Shown: positions 1-9,349 of the stretch, piece by piece
Position numbering within the stretch: position 1 is the stretch's first letter
Layout of the letters: each line of letters opens with the position of its first letter
Source: Bacteroidota bacterium
GTDB lineage: Bacteria; Bacteroidota; Bacteroidia; UKL13-3
NCBI GenBank assembly: GCA_947460565.1
Contig: CANHJJ010000001.1
Span: 1 to 30,724 of the forward strand
DNA: 30,724 nucleotides
Direction of reading: 5' to 3'
Translations under genes and position numbers: made by a program
Notes under the pieces: generated by a model
The model's database searches: none
Seen by the model: the letters and a program-made list of their open reading frames with translations, nothing else
What the model was told of the DNA's origin: nothing

Positions 1-201
1 ACTATCTTCAATTCCATCTTTATCAGTATCAGGGCAGCCATTAAATTGAGCAATACCAGCTTTATCAGGGCAGGCATCTAGGTTATCAGCAATACCATCT
101 TTATCCTTATCAATAATACAACCAACTTTATCCACTAAGGCACCCGGAGAGGTATTTGCACATTTGTCTTTTCTATCAGCTACTCCATCATTATCGGCAT
201 C
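1..201 (-). repeat. Thrombospondin type 3-like Ca-binding repeats (DxDxDG-x-x-D-x-x-D-x-C) in the OmpA protein
   Basis: Three consecutive DxDxDG units are visible in the hand translation; two are followed by D-x-x-D-x-C and the third is cut by the window edge. Confidence 0.8.
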
Positions 202-873
202 TTTCATTTTACCTAAGTTGAAGGTGACACTTAATGTATGAAGCCATGCAGCATCTGTAGAAAAGGAGCTATTTGAAGCGCTTCTGTCATCAACCTTATC
301 ACTATTGGTCCACATAAAATTAGATTGCAAATTTAAACCAAGCTTTGGCGTAAGATTAATATTTAAGCCCAATCCCATTGGAACAGTTAATTGATAAATA
401 TAAGTTTTATCTAAACCAAAAATGCCATAATCATTATTAATAGTATTCATATTAACTCGCCCAAAGCCAATACCAGCTGTTAAATAAGGAACAAAAATGG
501 CATTTTCCATGGCAAGAAACTTCCAACGAGGGGCGCATTCTACGCCTACCATGTTTCTGAAAAAGGAATTGCCTGGTGCAGCGTTTCTATAATAACCCCA
601 TTCTCCATAATAACCCCTAAAAGAAAGGTCGAATTTTGAATTTAGGTATTTGTTAATTGAAATTAATCCTAAACCTGGTGTATTTTTTTTTGATACACCA
701 TTTTGACCAATATTATGTCCAGTTAAGTCAAATAGGAAAAAGCCATTGCCAATGTCTCCGCTGTATTCTGCAAGGCCAACACCTAAGCTAACTTGCCAAG
801 GCAAATCTTTAGTTTGAGCATAACTCGTTAATGAAGCAATAATAATTGCGATGGTAGTAAATAATTTTTCCAT
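1..873 (-). CDS. OmpA-family outer membrane protein (N-terminal beta-barrel + thrombospondin type 3 repeats); 3' end runs off the window
   Basis: Not in the ORF track; translated by hand from ATG at 873, open to base 1 (291 codons). MEKLFTTIAIIASLTSYAQ signal peptide, then barrel-like strands (VPYLTAGIGFG, LTVPMGLGLNINL, HTLSVTFNLG), then DADNDGVADRKDKC / DKDKDGIADNLDACP / DTDKDGIEDS repeats. The C-terminal OmpA domain is expected but lies outside the window. Confidence 0.85.
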   Translation of the reverse strand, partial: MEKLFTTIAIIIASLTSYAQTKDLPWQVSLGVGLAEYSGDIGNGFFLFDLTGHNIGQNGVSKKNTPGLGLISINKYLNSKFDLSFRGYYGEWGYYRNAAPGNSFFRNMVGVECAPRWKFLAMENAIFVPYLTAGIGFGRVNMNTINNDYGIFGLDKTYIYQLTVPMGLGLNINLTPKLGLNLQSNFMWTNSDKVDDRSASNSSFSTDAAWLHTLSVTFNLGKMKDADNDGVADRKDKCANTSPGALVDKVGCIIDKDKDGIADNLDACPDKAGIAQFNGCPDTDKDGIEDS

Positions 874-950
874 AAATTTAGTTTTAGTAAACGAATGTAT
901 ATAAATTTACTGAAGAAAACCAATCGAAAAAACTCATTTTTTAATAGACT

Positions 951-2315
951 TTATTTTAATAATTCACCACTTAGTCTTAAAAGTTCGGTCTCATTCATTT
1001 TGGCTTCGTTCTGAACACTAAGTAGTCTAGTTTTACTATTAATTAAATTAATTTGGGCATTACGTAATTCAATGGAAGTTATAACACCTACCTTATACTG
1101 CTCTTCTGCTATTGAATAGTTTTCTTCTGCAACTTGTATATTTTGTTTTTCAAAAGACAAGAGTTGCAAACTACCTTGATAATTATTCCAAGCTTGCGCC
1201 ACAGCTGATTGCACCTTGCTTAGCGAATCTTTATACATCCATTCACTTGAGCGAAACACCAATCGATTATTAATTAACCTACGATTGACATCATATCCAT
1301 TAAATAAATTTACACTTATACCTGCTCCATAATGAAAACCTAAACTCTGAGAAGATTGAAGAAATCCAGCTTCTGATTGAGAACGACTGAAGTTATAACC
1401 ACTTTTTAGTTGTATGCTTGGCATTCTCTCAGCTTGCACCTCCTTAATAGTAAGAAGATTTACGTTTTGATTTTTCTTTGCAATTTGCAGGCCTGCATTC
1501 TGCGAAACAGCCTTCTGTTGAATGTATTCAAGTTTAATTTCAGATTTTAATTGAATGGTTTCGCTGACATCAAATTCAGTATTTACCTCTCTAGCCAACA
1601 ACTGATTTAATACTGCCTTGCTGTTTTTCAAAGTTGTTTCTTGCCTTATTTTACTTGACTTATCAGTATTTAAATCTACTTGTGCTTGGAGCAATTCGGT
1701 TTTAGGTGATTTGCCTGCTTTTAATTTTTCATCGGCAAATTCATACCTTTTTTGAGAACGAAGCACCGTCTCTGTAAATAATGCTAGTTGTTGTTTTGCC
1801 AAAACTACATCCATATAGGCTTTGATTACCTTTGAAAATGTCAGTTCTATTTGACTTCTCATTCTCAACTCACCTATGTCTTGCAATTCCTTCAAACGAT
1901 TTTTTGTAGCAAACATTTTCATCCCATCAAATATGGTCCAACCTAACTCCACACCTGCATTTATATTACTTGACTTCGCCCCATCTTTATTGTTCTCACT
2001 GCCACTTAAAAACTTTTGTTTGGTATCTTGTACTTGGTTATCTTGACCTACAGCTCCAAACACATTGGGTAACATTCCTGCAGCACCTAATCTATTATTG
2101 TTTTTGGTTAAGGCAGCGTCATTTCTTGCTACTTGTATGGAATAGTTATTTTCCAAGGCCAATTTCAAGGCATCGTCAAGACTTATTATTTGTTGTGCTT
2201 TAGCATTTGAAAACATTATGCTTAAGCATATACAAATTGTAAATAATTTATACTTTATATAATTCAATTTAATGCTATTTAATATTATTAGAATCTTCAA
2301 ATTCATTATTTCCAT
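951..2315 (-). CDS. TolC-family outer membrane efflux channel
   Basis: 454-aa ORF with signal peptide ending NAKAQQ, ISLDDALKLALENN, and two-repeat OEP pattern (EEQYKVGVITSIELRNAQ). Third gene of the RND operon. The real start may be ATG 2306 or TTG 2267; TTG 2267 gives a normal-length signal peptide and removes the overlap with the RND gene. Confidence 0.92.
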   Translation of the reverse strand: MEIMNLKILIILNSIKLNYIKYKLFTICICLSIMFSNAKAQQIISLDDALKLALENNYSIQVARNDAALTKNNNRLGAAGMLPNVFGAVGQDNQVQDTKQKFLSGSENNKDGAKSSNINAGVELGWTIFDGMKMFATKNRLKELQDIGELRMRSQIELTFSKVIKAYMDVVLAKQQLALFTETVLRSQKRYEFADEKLKAGKSPKTELLQAQVDLNTDKSSKIRQETTLKNSKAVLNQLLAREVNTEFDVSETIQLKSEIKLEYIQQKAVSQNAGLQIAKKNQNVNLLTIKEVQAERMPSIQLKSGYNFSRSQSEAGFLQSSQSLGFHYGAGISVNLFNGYDVNRRLINNRLVFRSSEWMYKDSLSKVQSAVAQAWNNYQGSLQLLSFEKQNIQVAEENYSIAEEQYKVGVITSIELRNAQINLINSKTRLLSVQNEAKMNETELLRLSGELLK

Positions 2316-5300
2316 TGGTTTCCTTGTGCTTACTATTTCTCGACAAAAAGCTATAAACAGCAGGTATTACATACAAAGTAAGGAAACCTGAAAACAACAA
2401 ACCTCCAATAATGACGATACCAAGAGACATACGACTTTTGGCACCTGCACCTAATGCAAGTGCAATTGGCAATGCCCCTAATATGGTAGCAATGCTAGTC
2501 ATCATAATGGGTCTTAGTCTATCAACGGAAGCATCTTTAACAGCCTGCAATTTATTAACGCCCTTTTCCTTTTTCTGATTGGCAAATTCCACAATCAAAA
2601 TACCATTTTTAGTAACCAAACCTAATAAAACAATAATACCAATTTGACTAAAGATGTTTAATGTTTGATCAAAATACCACAATGAAATAAGTGCACCTGC
2701 CAATGCCATTGGCACTGTCAACATGATTATAATAGGGTCAATAAAACTTTCAAACTGAGCAGCTAAAACCAAATAAACAAGCACCAATGCTAATATAAAA
2801 GCAAAAGTGGTATTTGATGAACTTTCTGCAAAATCCCTTGAAGGTCCCCCTAAATCGGTGGTAAAGCTTTCATCCAATAATTTCTTTTTGATAAGATCCA
2901 TCGCTTTTATACCATCACCAATAGTTTTTCCTGGAGCCAATCCCGCTGAAACGGTAGCAGCTTTATATCTATTATAATGATACAATTGAGGTGGACTGCT
3001 TTGCTCAACTACTTCAATCACATTATCCAATTGTATCAATTGGCCTTTATCATTGCGCACATACAATGATTTTAAATCCAATGGTTCATCTCTATTAGTA
3101 CGATCTGCTTGACCAATGATTTGATATTGCTTTCCTCTTTGTGTAAAATACCCATATCGAATTCCACCATAAGTAAATTGTAATGTTTGTGCAATGGCTT
3201 GCACACTCACACCAAGGTTTTTGGCCTTTTCCCTATTAACTGTAATAACCAACTCAGGTTTATTAAATTTCAAGTTTACATCAGTACCTTGAAAGGTTTT
3301 TGTATCCTTATTAACCTCATCCAAAAATTTCGGCAACACTTGTTGTATTTTACTAAAATCTTGATTTTGTATAATGTATTGAACAGGCAATCCTGCTCTA
3401 GCCCCACCCGAGCCATTGATAGTTTGTTCTTGCACCACGTATGCCTTTGCCTCTGTTATTCCAGCTACATTTTTCTGAACCATTTGAGCAATGTCTTGTT
3501 GTGATCGTTTCCTTTTGTCTACATCTGCTAAAACAATCCTAAAAAAACCAGTATTAACTGCTCCACTACCAGTAAAACCTGGTGCTGTGATTACAAGTGT
3601 CATTCGCTTTTCTGGCACCGAATCTTCTACGTAATCAGACAATTTATCCATGTATTTATCTGTAAATTCATAAGAAGATCCCTCAGGCGCTGTAGCAATA
3701 ATGCGCATCATACCCCTGTCATCAAGCGGTGCAAGTTCTGATTGAATGGTAGAACCAATCAACCAAATTAAGCCAACAGAAACAACTATAATGATGGCAG
3801 CATACCATCTTTTGGATAAAAACTTTTCAAGTGAATTTCTATATGCTAAGTTGAGTGATTCAAAATACGGCTCGGTAACTAAATAGAATTTTGTCCTTTT
3901 GTTTGACTTACGCTGCAACTTCACATTCAACATGGGTGTAAGTGACAGCGAAACGAATGCTGATATTAAAACCGCACCTGAAACAACTATACCAAACTCC
4001 CTGAATAACCTACCTACAAATCCTTCTAAAAATATAATGGGTAAAAACACAACTGCAAGGGTTATGGATGTTGATATTACAGCAAAAAAAATTTCATTAG
4101 AACCCTTTATGGCAGCTTCTCTTGGCGAAAGCCCCTCCTCTATCTTTTTGAAAATATTTTCGGTTACCACTATTCCATCATCCACCACCAAACCTGTAGC
4201 CAATACAATTGCCAATAAAGTTAAAATATTGATCGAATAGCCAAAAATATACATGATAAAAAAGGCACCAATTAACGAAACAGGTATATCAATCAAAGGT
4301 CTGAAGGCAATCAACCAATCCCTAAAAAACAAGAAAATAATCAAAACTACCAAAACAAATGCTATCAAAAGGGTTTCTTCTACTTCTTTAATCGAGGTCT
4401 TGATAAACCTAGTATTATCAAGGGCTATATCGAGTTTAAAATCCTTAGGAACATCCTTTTTAATTTGCTCATAGCGTTTATAAAATTCATCTGCAATCTC
4501 CACATAATTGGCACCCGGCTGAGGCACTACTCCAAGACCAATCATGGGCACTCCATTGGATTTCAAAATTGTTTCTTCGTTTTCAGCACCCAAAGCGGCA
4601 TAACCAATATCTCCAAGGCGTATAGCTTTTGTATTATTAGTTTGTATAATGATATTGTTAAACTCTTCAGCAGTGCTAAATCTACCAACCGTTTTAACAG
4701 AAAGTTCCGTATTGTTTCCTTCTATTTTACCTCCAGGCAACTCAACATTCTCTCTATCCAAAGCCTGCTTCACATCCAAAGGAGTAAGCTTAAAGGATGC
4801 GAGCTTCGCAGGGTCTAACCACAATCGCATGGCATATTTCTTCTGACCCCAAATTTGAACCGTACTGACACCAGGTATAGTTTGTAGCCTTTCTAATAAA
4901 ACATTTTCAGCATAATCACTTACATCCAATTGAGATTTGGTATCACTCTGAACGGTCATTGAAATGATGGCATCAGAATTGGCATCAGCTTTACTCACTA
5001 CAGGGGGGGCATCAATGTCTTGAGGTAATTGTCTCACTGCCTGAGAAACCTTATCTCTCACATCATTGGCGGCTGCCTCCAAATTCTCATTCAGATTAAA
5101 CTCAACTGTAATACTACTAGATCCTTGGTTGCTTGCCGATGATATGGAACGGATACCCGCTATTCCATTAATTGCTTTTTCTAAAGGTTCGGTAATTTGA
5201 GATTCAATGATATCAGGGTTTGCACCCGTATAATTGGTTCTTACTGTAATTACTGGAGGATCAATAGATGGATATTCCCTTACACCTAGAAAGTTAAAAC

Positions 5301-5382
5301 CAATAGCCCCAAACAATACGATGATGATAGAAAAAACAGTGGCTAAAACAGGCCTGTTTATGCTTGTACTCGATAAACTCAT
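2275..5382 (-). CDS. RND efflux transporter permease (AcrB/HAE1 family)
   Basis: 1035 aa; INRPV N-terminus; intact proton-relay motifs GLVVDDGIVV, LVTKNGILIVE and RLRPIMMTS; two large periplasmic loops. Confidence 0.97.
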   Translation of the reverse strand: MSLSSTSINRPVLATVFSIIIVLFGAIGFNFLGVREYPSIDPPVITVRTNYTGANPDIIESQITEPLEKAINGIAGIRSISSASNQGSSSITVEFNLNENLEAAANDVRDKVSQAVRQLPQDIDAPPVVSKADANSDAIISMTVQSDTKSQLDVSDYAENVLLERLQTIPGVSTVQIWGQKKYAMRLWLDPAKLASFKLTPLDVKQALDRENVELPGGKIEGNNTELSVKTVGRFSTAEEFNNIIIQTNNTKAIRLGDIGYAALGAENEETILKSNGVPMIGLGVVPQPGANYVEIADEFYKRYEQIKKDVPKDFKLDIALDNTRFIKTSIKEVEETLLIAFVLVVLIIFLFFRDWLIAFRPLIDIPVSLIGAFFIMYIFGYSINILTLLAIVLATGLVVDDGIVVTENIFKKIEEGLSPREAAIKGSNEIFFAVISTSITLAVVFLPIIFLEGFVGRLFREFGIVVSGAVLISAFVSLSLTPMLNVKLQRKSNKRTKFYLVTEPYFESLNLAYRNSLEKFLSKRWYAAIIIVVSVGLIWLIGSTIQSELAPLDDRGMMRIIATAPEGSSYEFTDKYMDKLSDYVEDSVPEKRMTLVITAPGFTGSGAVNTGFFRIVLADVDKRKRSQQDIAQMVQKNVAGITEAKAYVVQEQTINGSGGARAGLPVQYIIQNQDFSKIQQVLPKFLDEVNKDTKTFQGTDVNLKFNKPELVITVNREKAKNLGVSVQAIAQTLQFTYGGIRYGYFTQRGKQYQIIGQADRTNRDEPLDLKSLYVRNDKGQLIQLDNVIEVVEQSSPPQLYHYNRYKAATVSAGLAPGKTIGDGIKAMDLIKKKLLDESFTTDLGGPSRDFAESSSNTTFAFILALVLVYLVLAAQFESFIDPIIIMLTVPMALAGALISLWYFDQTLNIFSQIGIIVLLGLVTKNGILIVEFANQKKEKGVNKLQAVKDASVDRLRPIMMTSIATILGALPIALALGAGAKSRMSLGIVIIGGLLFSGFLTLYVIPAVYSFLSRNSKHKETNGNNEFEDSNNIK

Positions 5383-6437
5383 TTTCCTATTTTAATTTTT
5401 GAACCTTGTTTTAAATACATAATCCCGTTCACAACAACAGAATCTCCTACCTGCAGACCTTCAGTTATTTCTATTTGCGAATCAGTTCTAATACCTGTTT
5501 TTACGACCTGCTCTATCACAGAATCTGCTCTTAATATAAATACCTTTTGTCCTTTCAATATAGGAACCACGCTTTGCGTTGGAACCATTAATGAATTCGG
5601 CTTATTTTGAAGTTGCACTGTCACATTGGTAAAGGCTCCTGGAATTAATTTCCTTTCGCCATTATCAGAAATGGCGCGCATCACCACATTTCTTGTTAGC
5701 TCATCCACTTTGGGTTCAATCGCATAAATATTTGCTTTGAAAACTTTATCAGACCCATCGGTTGTGAATGAAATATCACTGCCTCGTTTCAATTGAGATG
5801 CATATCTTTCAGGAACAGAAAATTCAACCTTCACTTTACTTATGCTCTGCAGGGAGGCTAGTTTGGTTGTATTTGTTACAAAACTTCCTTCGCTAACATA
5901 TTTCAATCCAATGATACCCGAAAAGGGTGCCAACAATTCAGTTTTTCTAATATTCTCTTTTAATAAATCAATATCGGCATTGGCTGCATTAAGCTCGTTT
6001 AAGCTTAAGTCGTATTGCTCTTGGCTAATGGCCCCTTTTATCAAAAGTTGTTTATTTCTTTTCTCAGTATCTTCTTTCAACTTTTTACTTGAAAAGGCTT
6101 TTCTCAATTGGGCTTGAATATCTGCATCATTAATTTTTATTAGAAGTTGGCCTTTCTTTACCTTAGCCCCCTCTTCAAAGTTTATTTTCACAAGGCGACC
6201 TTGGGCTTCGGTGTGCAGTTCAACTTCATCTTGAGCCAAAATACTTCCACTGACATGAATACTGTTATCCAAATCTTGCTTATGTGTAACATACACACTC
6301 ACTTTAGTTGGCATTTTCTTAGTCTTAGCCTGTGCAGCTTGCGATTTATCATTTTTACTTGGCATGAGCTTTGGCCAAGCTAAAAGGGCAACAACAGCTA
6401 TAATGGCAACAATTTTTAGTATCTTTTTAATATTCAT
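5379..6437 (-). CDS. RND efflux membrane fusion (periplasmic adaptor) protein, AcrA family
   Basis: 352 aa; N-terminal TM, lipoyl halves (GRLVKINFEEGAKVKKGQLL, LLAPFSGIIG), alpha-hairpin, EGLQVGDSVVVNG. ATGA overlap with the RND start. Confidence 0.95.
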   Translation of the reverse strand: MNIKKILKIVAIIAVVALLAWPKLMPSKNDKSQAAQAKTKKMPTKVSVYVTHKQDLDNSIHVSGSILAQDEVELHTEAQGRLVKINFEEGAKVKKGQLLIKINDADIQAQLRKAFSSKKLKEDTEKRNKQLLIKGAISQEQYDLSLNELNAANADIDLLKENIRKTELLAPFSGIIGLKYVSEGSFVTNTTKLASLQSISKVKVEFSVPERYASQLKRGSDISFTTDGSDKVFKANIYAIEPKVDELTRNVVMRAISDNGERKLIPGAFTNVTVQLQNKPNSLMVPTQSVVPILKGQKVFILRADSVIEQVVKTGIRTDSQIEITEGLQVGDSVVVNGIMYLKQGSKIKIGK

Positions 6438-6454
6438 AAAACAGAAATGGTTTG

Positions 6455-6487
6455 CAAAAATAGAAAACTCTCAGTGGTTTAATCAAA
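6455..6487 (-). promoter_or_regulatory. Bacteroidota sigma-A promoter for the efflux operon
   Basis: On the minus strand, TTTG (6487-6484), 21 nt, then TATTTTTG (6462-6455). This matches the TTTG-N19-21-TAnnTTTG consensus and lies 17 nt before the ATG. Confidence 0.7.
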
Positions 6488-6552
6488 AGACAAGCGATTT
6501 TAATGTAGTTTAATATACACTTGGAGGTAATTAGAATTTTTGATTTAATAAC

Positions 6553-7011
6553 TTAGAGACTTACCCTGAAGGTAGTCCATTCATCCATGGGCAGAGCACC
6601 CATTTTCAAATAAAAGTCTATAGCTGGTTTATTCCAATTAAGCACCGACCATTCTAACCTACCGCAATCTTTTTCCTTTGCTTTTTGAATCAGTTTCTCA
6701 AGTAAGGCTTTGCCGTAGCCTCTTCCTCTGTATGGCTCTTTCACATACAAATCCTCTAAATAAATGCCGGGTTTACCAATAAAGGTTGAGAAATTATAAA
6801 AGTACAATGCAAATCCTATTGGCATATCATTTTCGTATGCTAAAAACACATGGGCAATGGGACTTGAACCAAAGAGATGCTTATTCAGTAATTCAGGTGT
6901 TGCCACCATTTGAGGCAGAAGTTTCTCATATTCGGCCAACTCAGTTATTAATTGCTGAATAAGCAAAATATCAGAAACTTCTGCTTCTTTTATTTTGAAA
7001 TGTGTTTCCAA
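6553..7011 (-). CDS. GNAT family N-acetyltransferase (spermine/spermidine acetyltransferase-like)
   Basis: IYLEDLYV, acetyl-CoA motif RGRGYGKALL, EWSVLNWNKPAIDFY. TTG start with no in-frame ATG upstream; 2 nt from the preceding stop. Confidence 0.9.
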   Translation of the reverse strand: METHFKIKEAEVSDILLIQQLITELAEYEKLLPQMVATPELLNKHLFGSSPIAHVFLAYENDMPIGFALYFYNFSTFIGKPGIYLEDLYVKEPYRGRGYGKALLEKLIQKAKEKDCGRLEWSVLNWNKPAIDFYLKMGALPMDEWTTFRVSL

Positions 7012-7013
7012 TT

Positions 7014-7907
7014 CTATCTTAAAACGTAACTACTTGAGTGAACCAATGTATTTTCGATGAATACTTCAATGGTATATGTGCCTCCTTCTAGGATGCGTTC
7101 ATCATTTTCGTAATTCAAACATATATTTTGCTTTTCACCAGTATAATTAATTTTTTGTGAAGCAGTGGCATCCACAGTTTCTCCTTCTGCTGTTTTCAAT
7201 TCCGCTCTGGTATTGCCCATCAATGGCTTTCCATTAGGTGCCATAATTCTTAAATAAACCATTTTGTCCCCGGTAACGCTTACTTTATTATCCATTACAG
7301 TAAAGCAAGCTTCCATTTTATTGGTTTTTTTAGCAAGAACAGATTCAACAAATTTGCCACTATTCTTCTTTTTAAAAGATGCCACTTTCACATATTCAGC
7401 TTTCAACTGAGAGGCAGTAGTTACTTTTTGTTCCAACATATTTTTTTGTTGGGTAACATCACCCAAGGCATTATTCAATTGCGCATTGTCTTCCTTCAAT
7501 TTTTTATTTTCAGCCATCAATACATCAATCTTATCCAAAAATTCATCACGCAGTTCTTTTAGTTCAGCCAATTCTGCTTTCAATTTTTTACTTAATTTAG
7601 CTGAGTTCTTTTCTTTGGCTATTAAACTGCGGATTTTATTTTCTTTCTCAGCAATTTTACCATTTGCTTCATTCAACAAAGTGTCTAAATTTCCAGCAAT
7701 ACCTCTATATTTTTCCAACTCCATTTCGGTTGAAGCCAACTCTCTCTCAACATCTATTCTAACAGTAATTAGGCTATCCACCTCATTGCTATATTGAACA
7801 ACAGTGGTATTATGGTTGTTAAATTGATAAACATTGAAGCCTACCGAACCAATTAAAAGCAGAAGCAAAAGAAGCATGCTGCTGCGGTTGTTTTTATTTT
7901 CTGACAT
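7014..7907 (-). CDS. Membrane-anchored coiled-coil protein with C-terminal beta (Ig-like) domain, unknown function
   Basis: The ORF track opens at 7949; ATG 7907 (MSENKNNRSSMLLLLLLLLIGSVG) is the more plausible start. One TM, a long heptad-rich region, then a beta-rich domain (MEACFTV...VYLRIMAPNG...NICLNY...GTYTIEVF). Confidence 0.8.
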   Translation of the reverse strand: MSENKNNRSSMLLLLLLLIGSVGFNVYQFNNHNTTVVQYSNEVDSLITVRIDVERELASTEMELEKYRGIAGNLDTLLNEANGKIAEKENKIRSLIAKEKNSAKLSKKLKAELAELKELRDEFLDKIDVLMAENKKLKEDNAQLNNALGDVTQQKNMLEQKVTTASQLKAEYVKVASFKKKNSGKFVESVLAKKTNKMEACFTVMDNKVSVTGDKMVYLRIMAPNGKPLMGNTRAELKTAEGETVDATASQKINYTGEKQNICLNYENDERILEGGTYTIEVFIENTLVHSSSYVLR

Positions 7908-8007
7908 GATAAATGAAATTAATAATGCAAAGTAAATAGCTTCAAGCAATTAAAAACTATCTAGTTATGAACAAAACGTAAATTATTACTTTTACATTGC
8001 AGCCGAA

Positions 8008-9105
8008 ATGAAATATTTTATAGTAGCAGGTGAGGCAAGTGGCGATTTACATGGTGCCAACCTGATAAAATCGATAAAACAAAAAGATAATTCAGCCCAA
8101 TTTAATTTTTGGGGTGGAGATAAAATGGCCCATCAAGCCCAAGGACTTCTCATGCATTACAAAAATGTAAGCATTATGGGCTTTGTTGAGGTTTTGATGA
8201 ATTTGCGAAGCATCTTTAAAAATATGGATGTATGCAAAAAGCAAATTAGTTCTTTTGACCCTAATGTGGTTATTTTGATTGACTACCCCGGATTTAATTT
8301 GCGCATTGCTGAATTTTGCAAATCTAAAGGTATCAAGGTTGTTTATTATATATCTCCAAAAGTATGGGCTTGGAAAGAAAATAGAGCCAAAAAACTCGAA
8401 AAATTTGTAGACTTACTTTTACTTATTTTTCCTTTCGAAGTGGATTATTTCAAAAAGTGGGATGTAAAAACTGCTTATGTGGGGAATCCTTTGATGGATG
8501 AAATACATCAATTCAAACCTAATCCATCTTTTAAAAAACTAAACCAATTAAGTGAAAAACCCATTATAGCACTTTTGCCTGGGAGCAGAAAACAAGAGAT
8601 AAAAACCACCTTGCCTTTAATGATAAAATTAGCGCAATCCTATCCCAATTATCAATTTTTAGTGGCTGGAGCACCATCCATTTCAAAAGATTTTTATGCT
8701 GACTTTGAAAACGAAAATGTAAAAATAATCTACAGCCAAACTTACGATGTTTTAAGTCAATCAATTGCTGCTATTGTTTGTAGCGGAACTGCGACTTTAG
8801 AAACTGCCTTATTTAATATACCTCAAGTATGTGCTTATGTGGCGCATCCAATTTCTTATAGGATTGCTAAAATGTTGGTTAAGGTAAAATACATTTCACT
8901 AGTTAATTTGAACCTAAATAGAGAAGCCATTTGCGAATTAATCCAAGATGATTTCAACGTAAATAGATTAAAATTGGAATTTGAAGCCATCATGCCTAAT
9001 GGAAACAAAAGAGATATTCTTTTAAAAGATTACGCTACACTTAGAAATTTTTTTGGAGTGGGCGCAAGTGATAAGGCAGCATCTGAAATTCTGAAATTGC
9101 TATAA
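8008..9105 (+). CDS. lpxB: Lipid-A-disaccharide synthase
   Basis: AGEASGDLHG, IDYPGFN, YYISPKVWAW, FPFE, VGNPL, LLPGSR and SGTATLE motifs. Confidence 0.97.
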   Translation: MKYFIVAGEASGDLHGANLIKSIKQKDNSAQFNFWGGDKMAHQAQGLLMHYKNVSIMGFVEVLMNLRSIFKNMDVCKKQISSFDPNVVILIDYPGFNLRIAEFCKSKGIKVVYYISPKVWAWKENRAKKLEKFVDLLLLIFPFEVDYFKKWDVKTAYVGNPLMDEIHQFKPNPSFKKLNQLSEKPIIALLPGSRKQEIKTTLPLMIKLAQSYPNYQFLVAGAPSISKDFYADFENENVKIIYSQTYDVLSQSIAAIVCSGTATLETALFNIPQVCAYVAHPISYRIAKMLVKVKYISLVNLNLNREAICELIQDDFNVNRLKLEFEAIMPNGNKRDILLKDYATLRNFFGVGASDKAASEILKLL

Positions 9106-9228
9106 AAACTATATTATTCTACTTCTAACCAATAGACATCGAAAATACAGTTGCAAAAACCAGTTTTGCTACATATTGAGGAGGCAAGCCATCTGGTCCT
9201 AGAAGATTGCTTCATCGAGTCAAGAAAT

Positions 9229-9259
9229 AAAGGGTTTCAAAAAGAAGTTCCTTTTTTTT
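9229..9259 (+). terminator. Possible weak intrinsic terminator downstream of lpxB
   Basis: aaagggtttc-aaaaa-gaagttcct imperfect hairpin (G-U pairs, one bulge) followed by T8 (9252-9259). Confidence 0.35.
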
Positions 9260-9349
9260 AAGTAGTCCTATTTTTACAGTTTTGTTACTATATAAGTCAA
9301 ACTTTTTCTCACTAATTATTTATGTTGCAAAAGAATTTTGTAAATACAT

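Noticed and set aside
683-691. A9 tract in the ompA coding strand (also A8/T8 at 9252, 15823 and 26987) as phase-variation sites
   Set aside because: Runs of 8-9 are expected in a genome this AT-rich, and the reading frames are intact.
2275-2315. 41-nt RND/TolC overlap as a dual-coding feature
   Set aside because: Likely an ORF-caller artefact; TTG at 2267 gives a normal signal peptide with no overlap.
1970-6383. Antisense ORFs over the efflux operon (1970, 3187, 3899, 4253, 4465, 4649, 5842, 6147)
   Set aside because: Shadow ORFs opposite well-supported genes, with no protein-like motifs.
9150-9180. Minus-strand ATGTAGCAAAA resembles the SAM-II riboswitch 3' end
   Set aside because: Its complement lies downstream as a simple hairpin, and the upstream GAUUU loop and pseudoknot are absent.
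9116-9217. 33-codon minus-strand ORF MKQSSRTRWLASSICSKTGFCNCIFDVYWLEVE
   Set aside because: Short, with no recognisable family or promoter; expected by chance.
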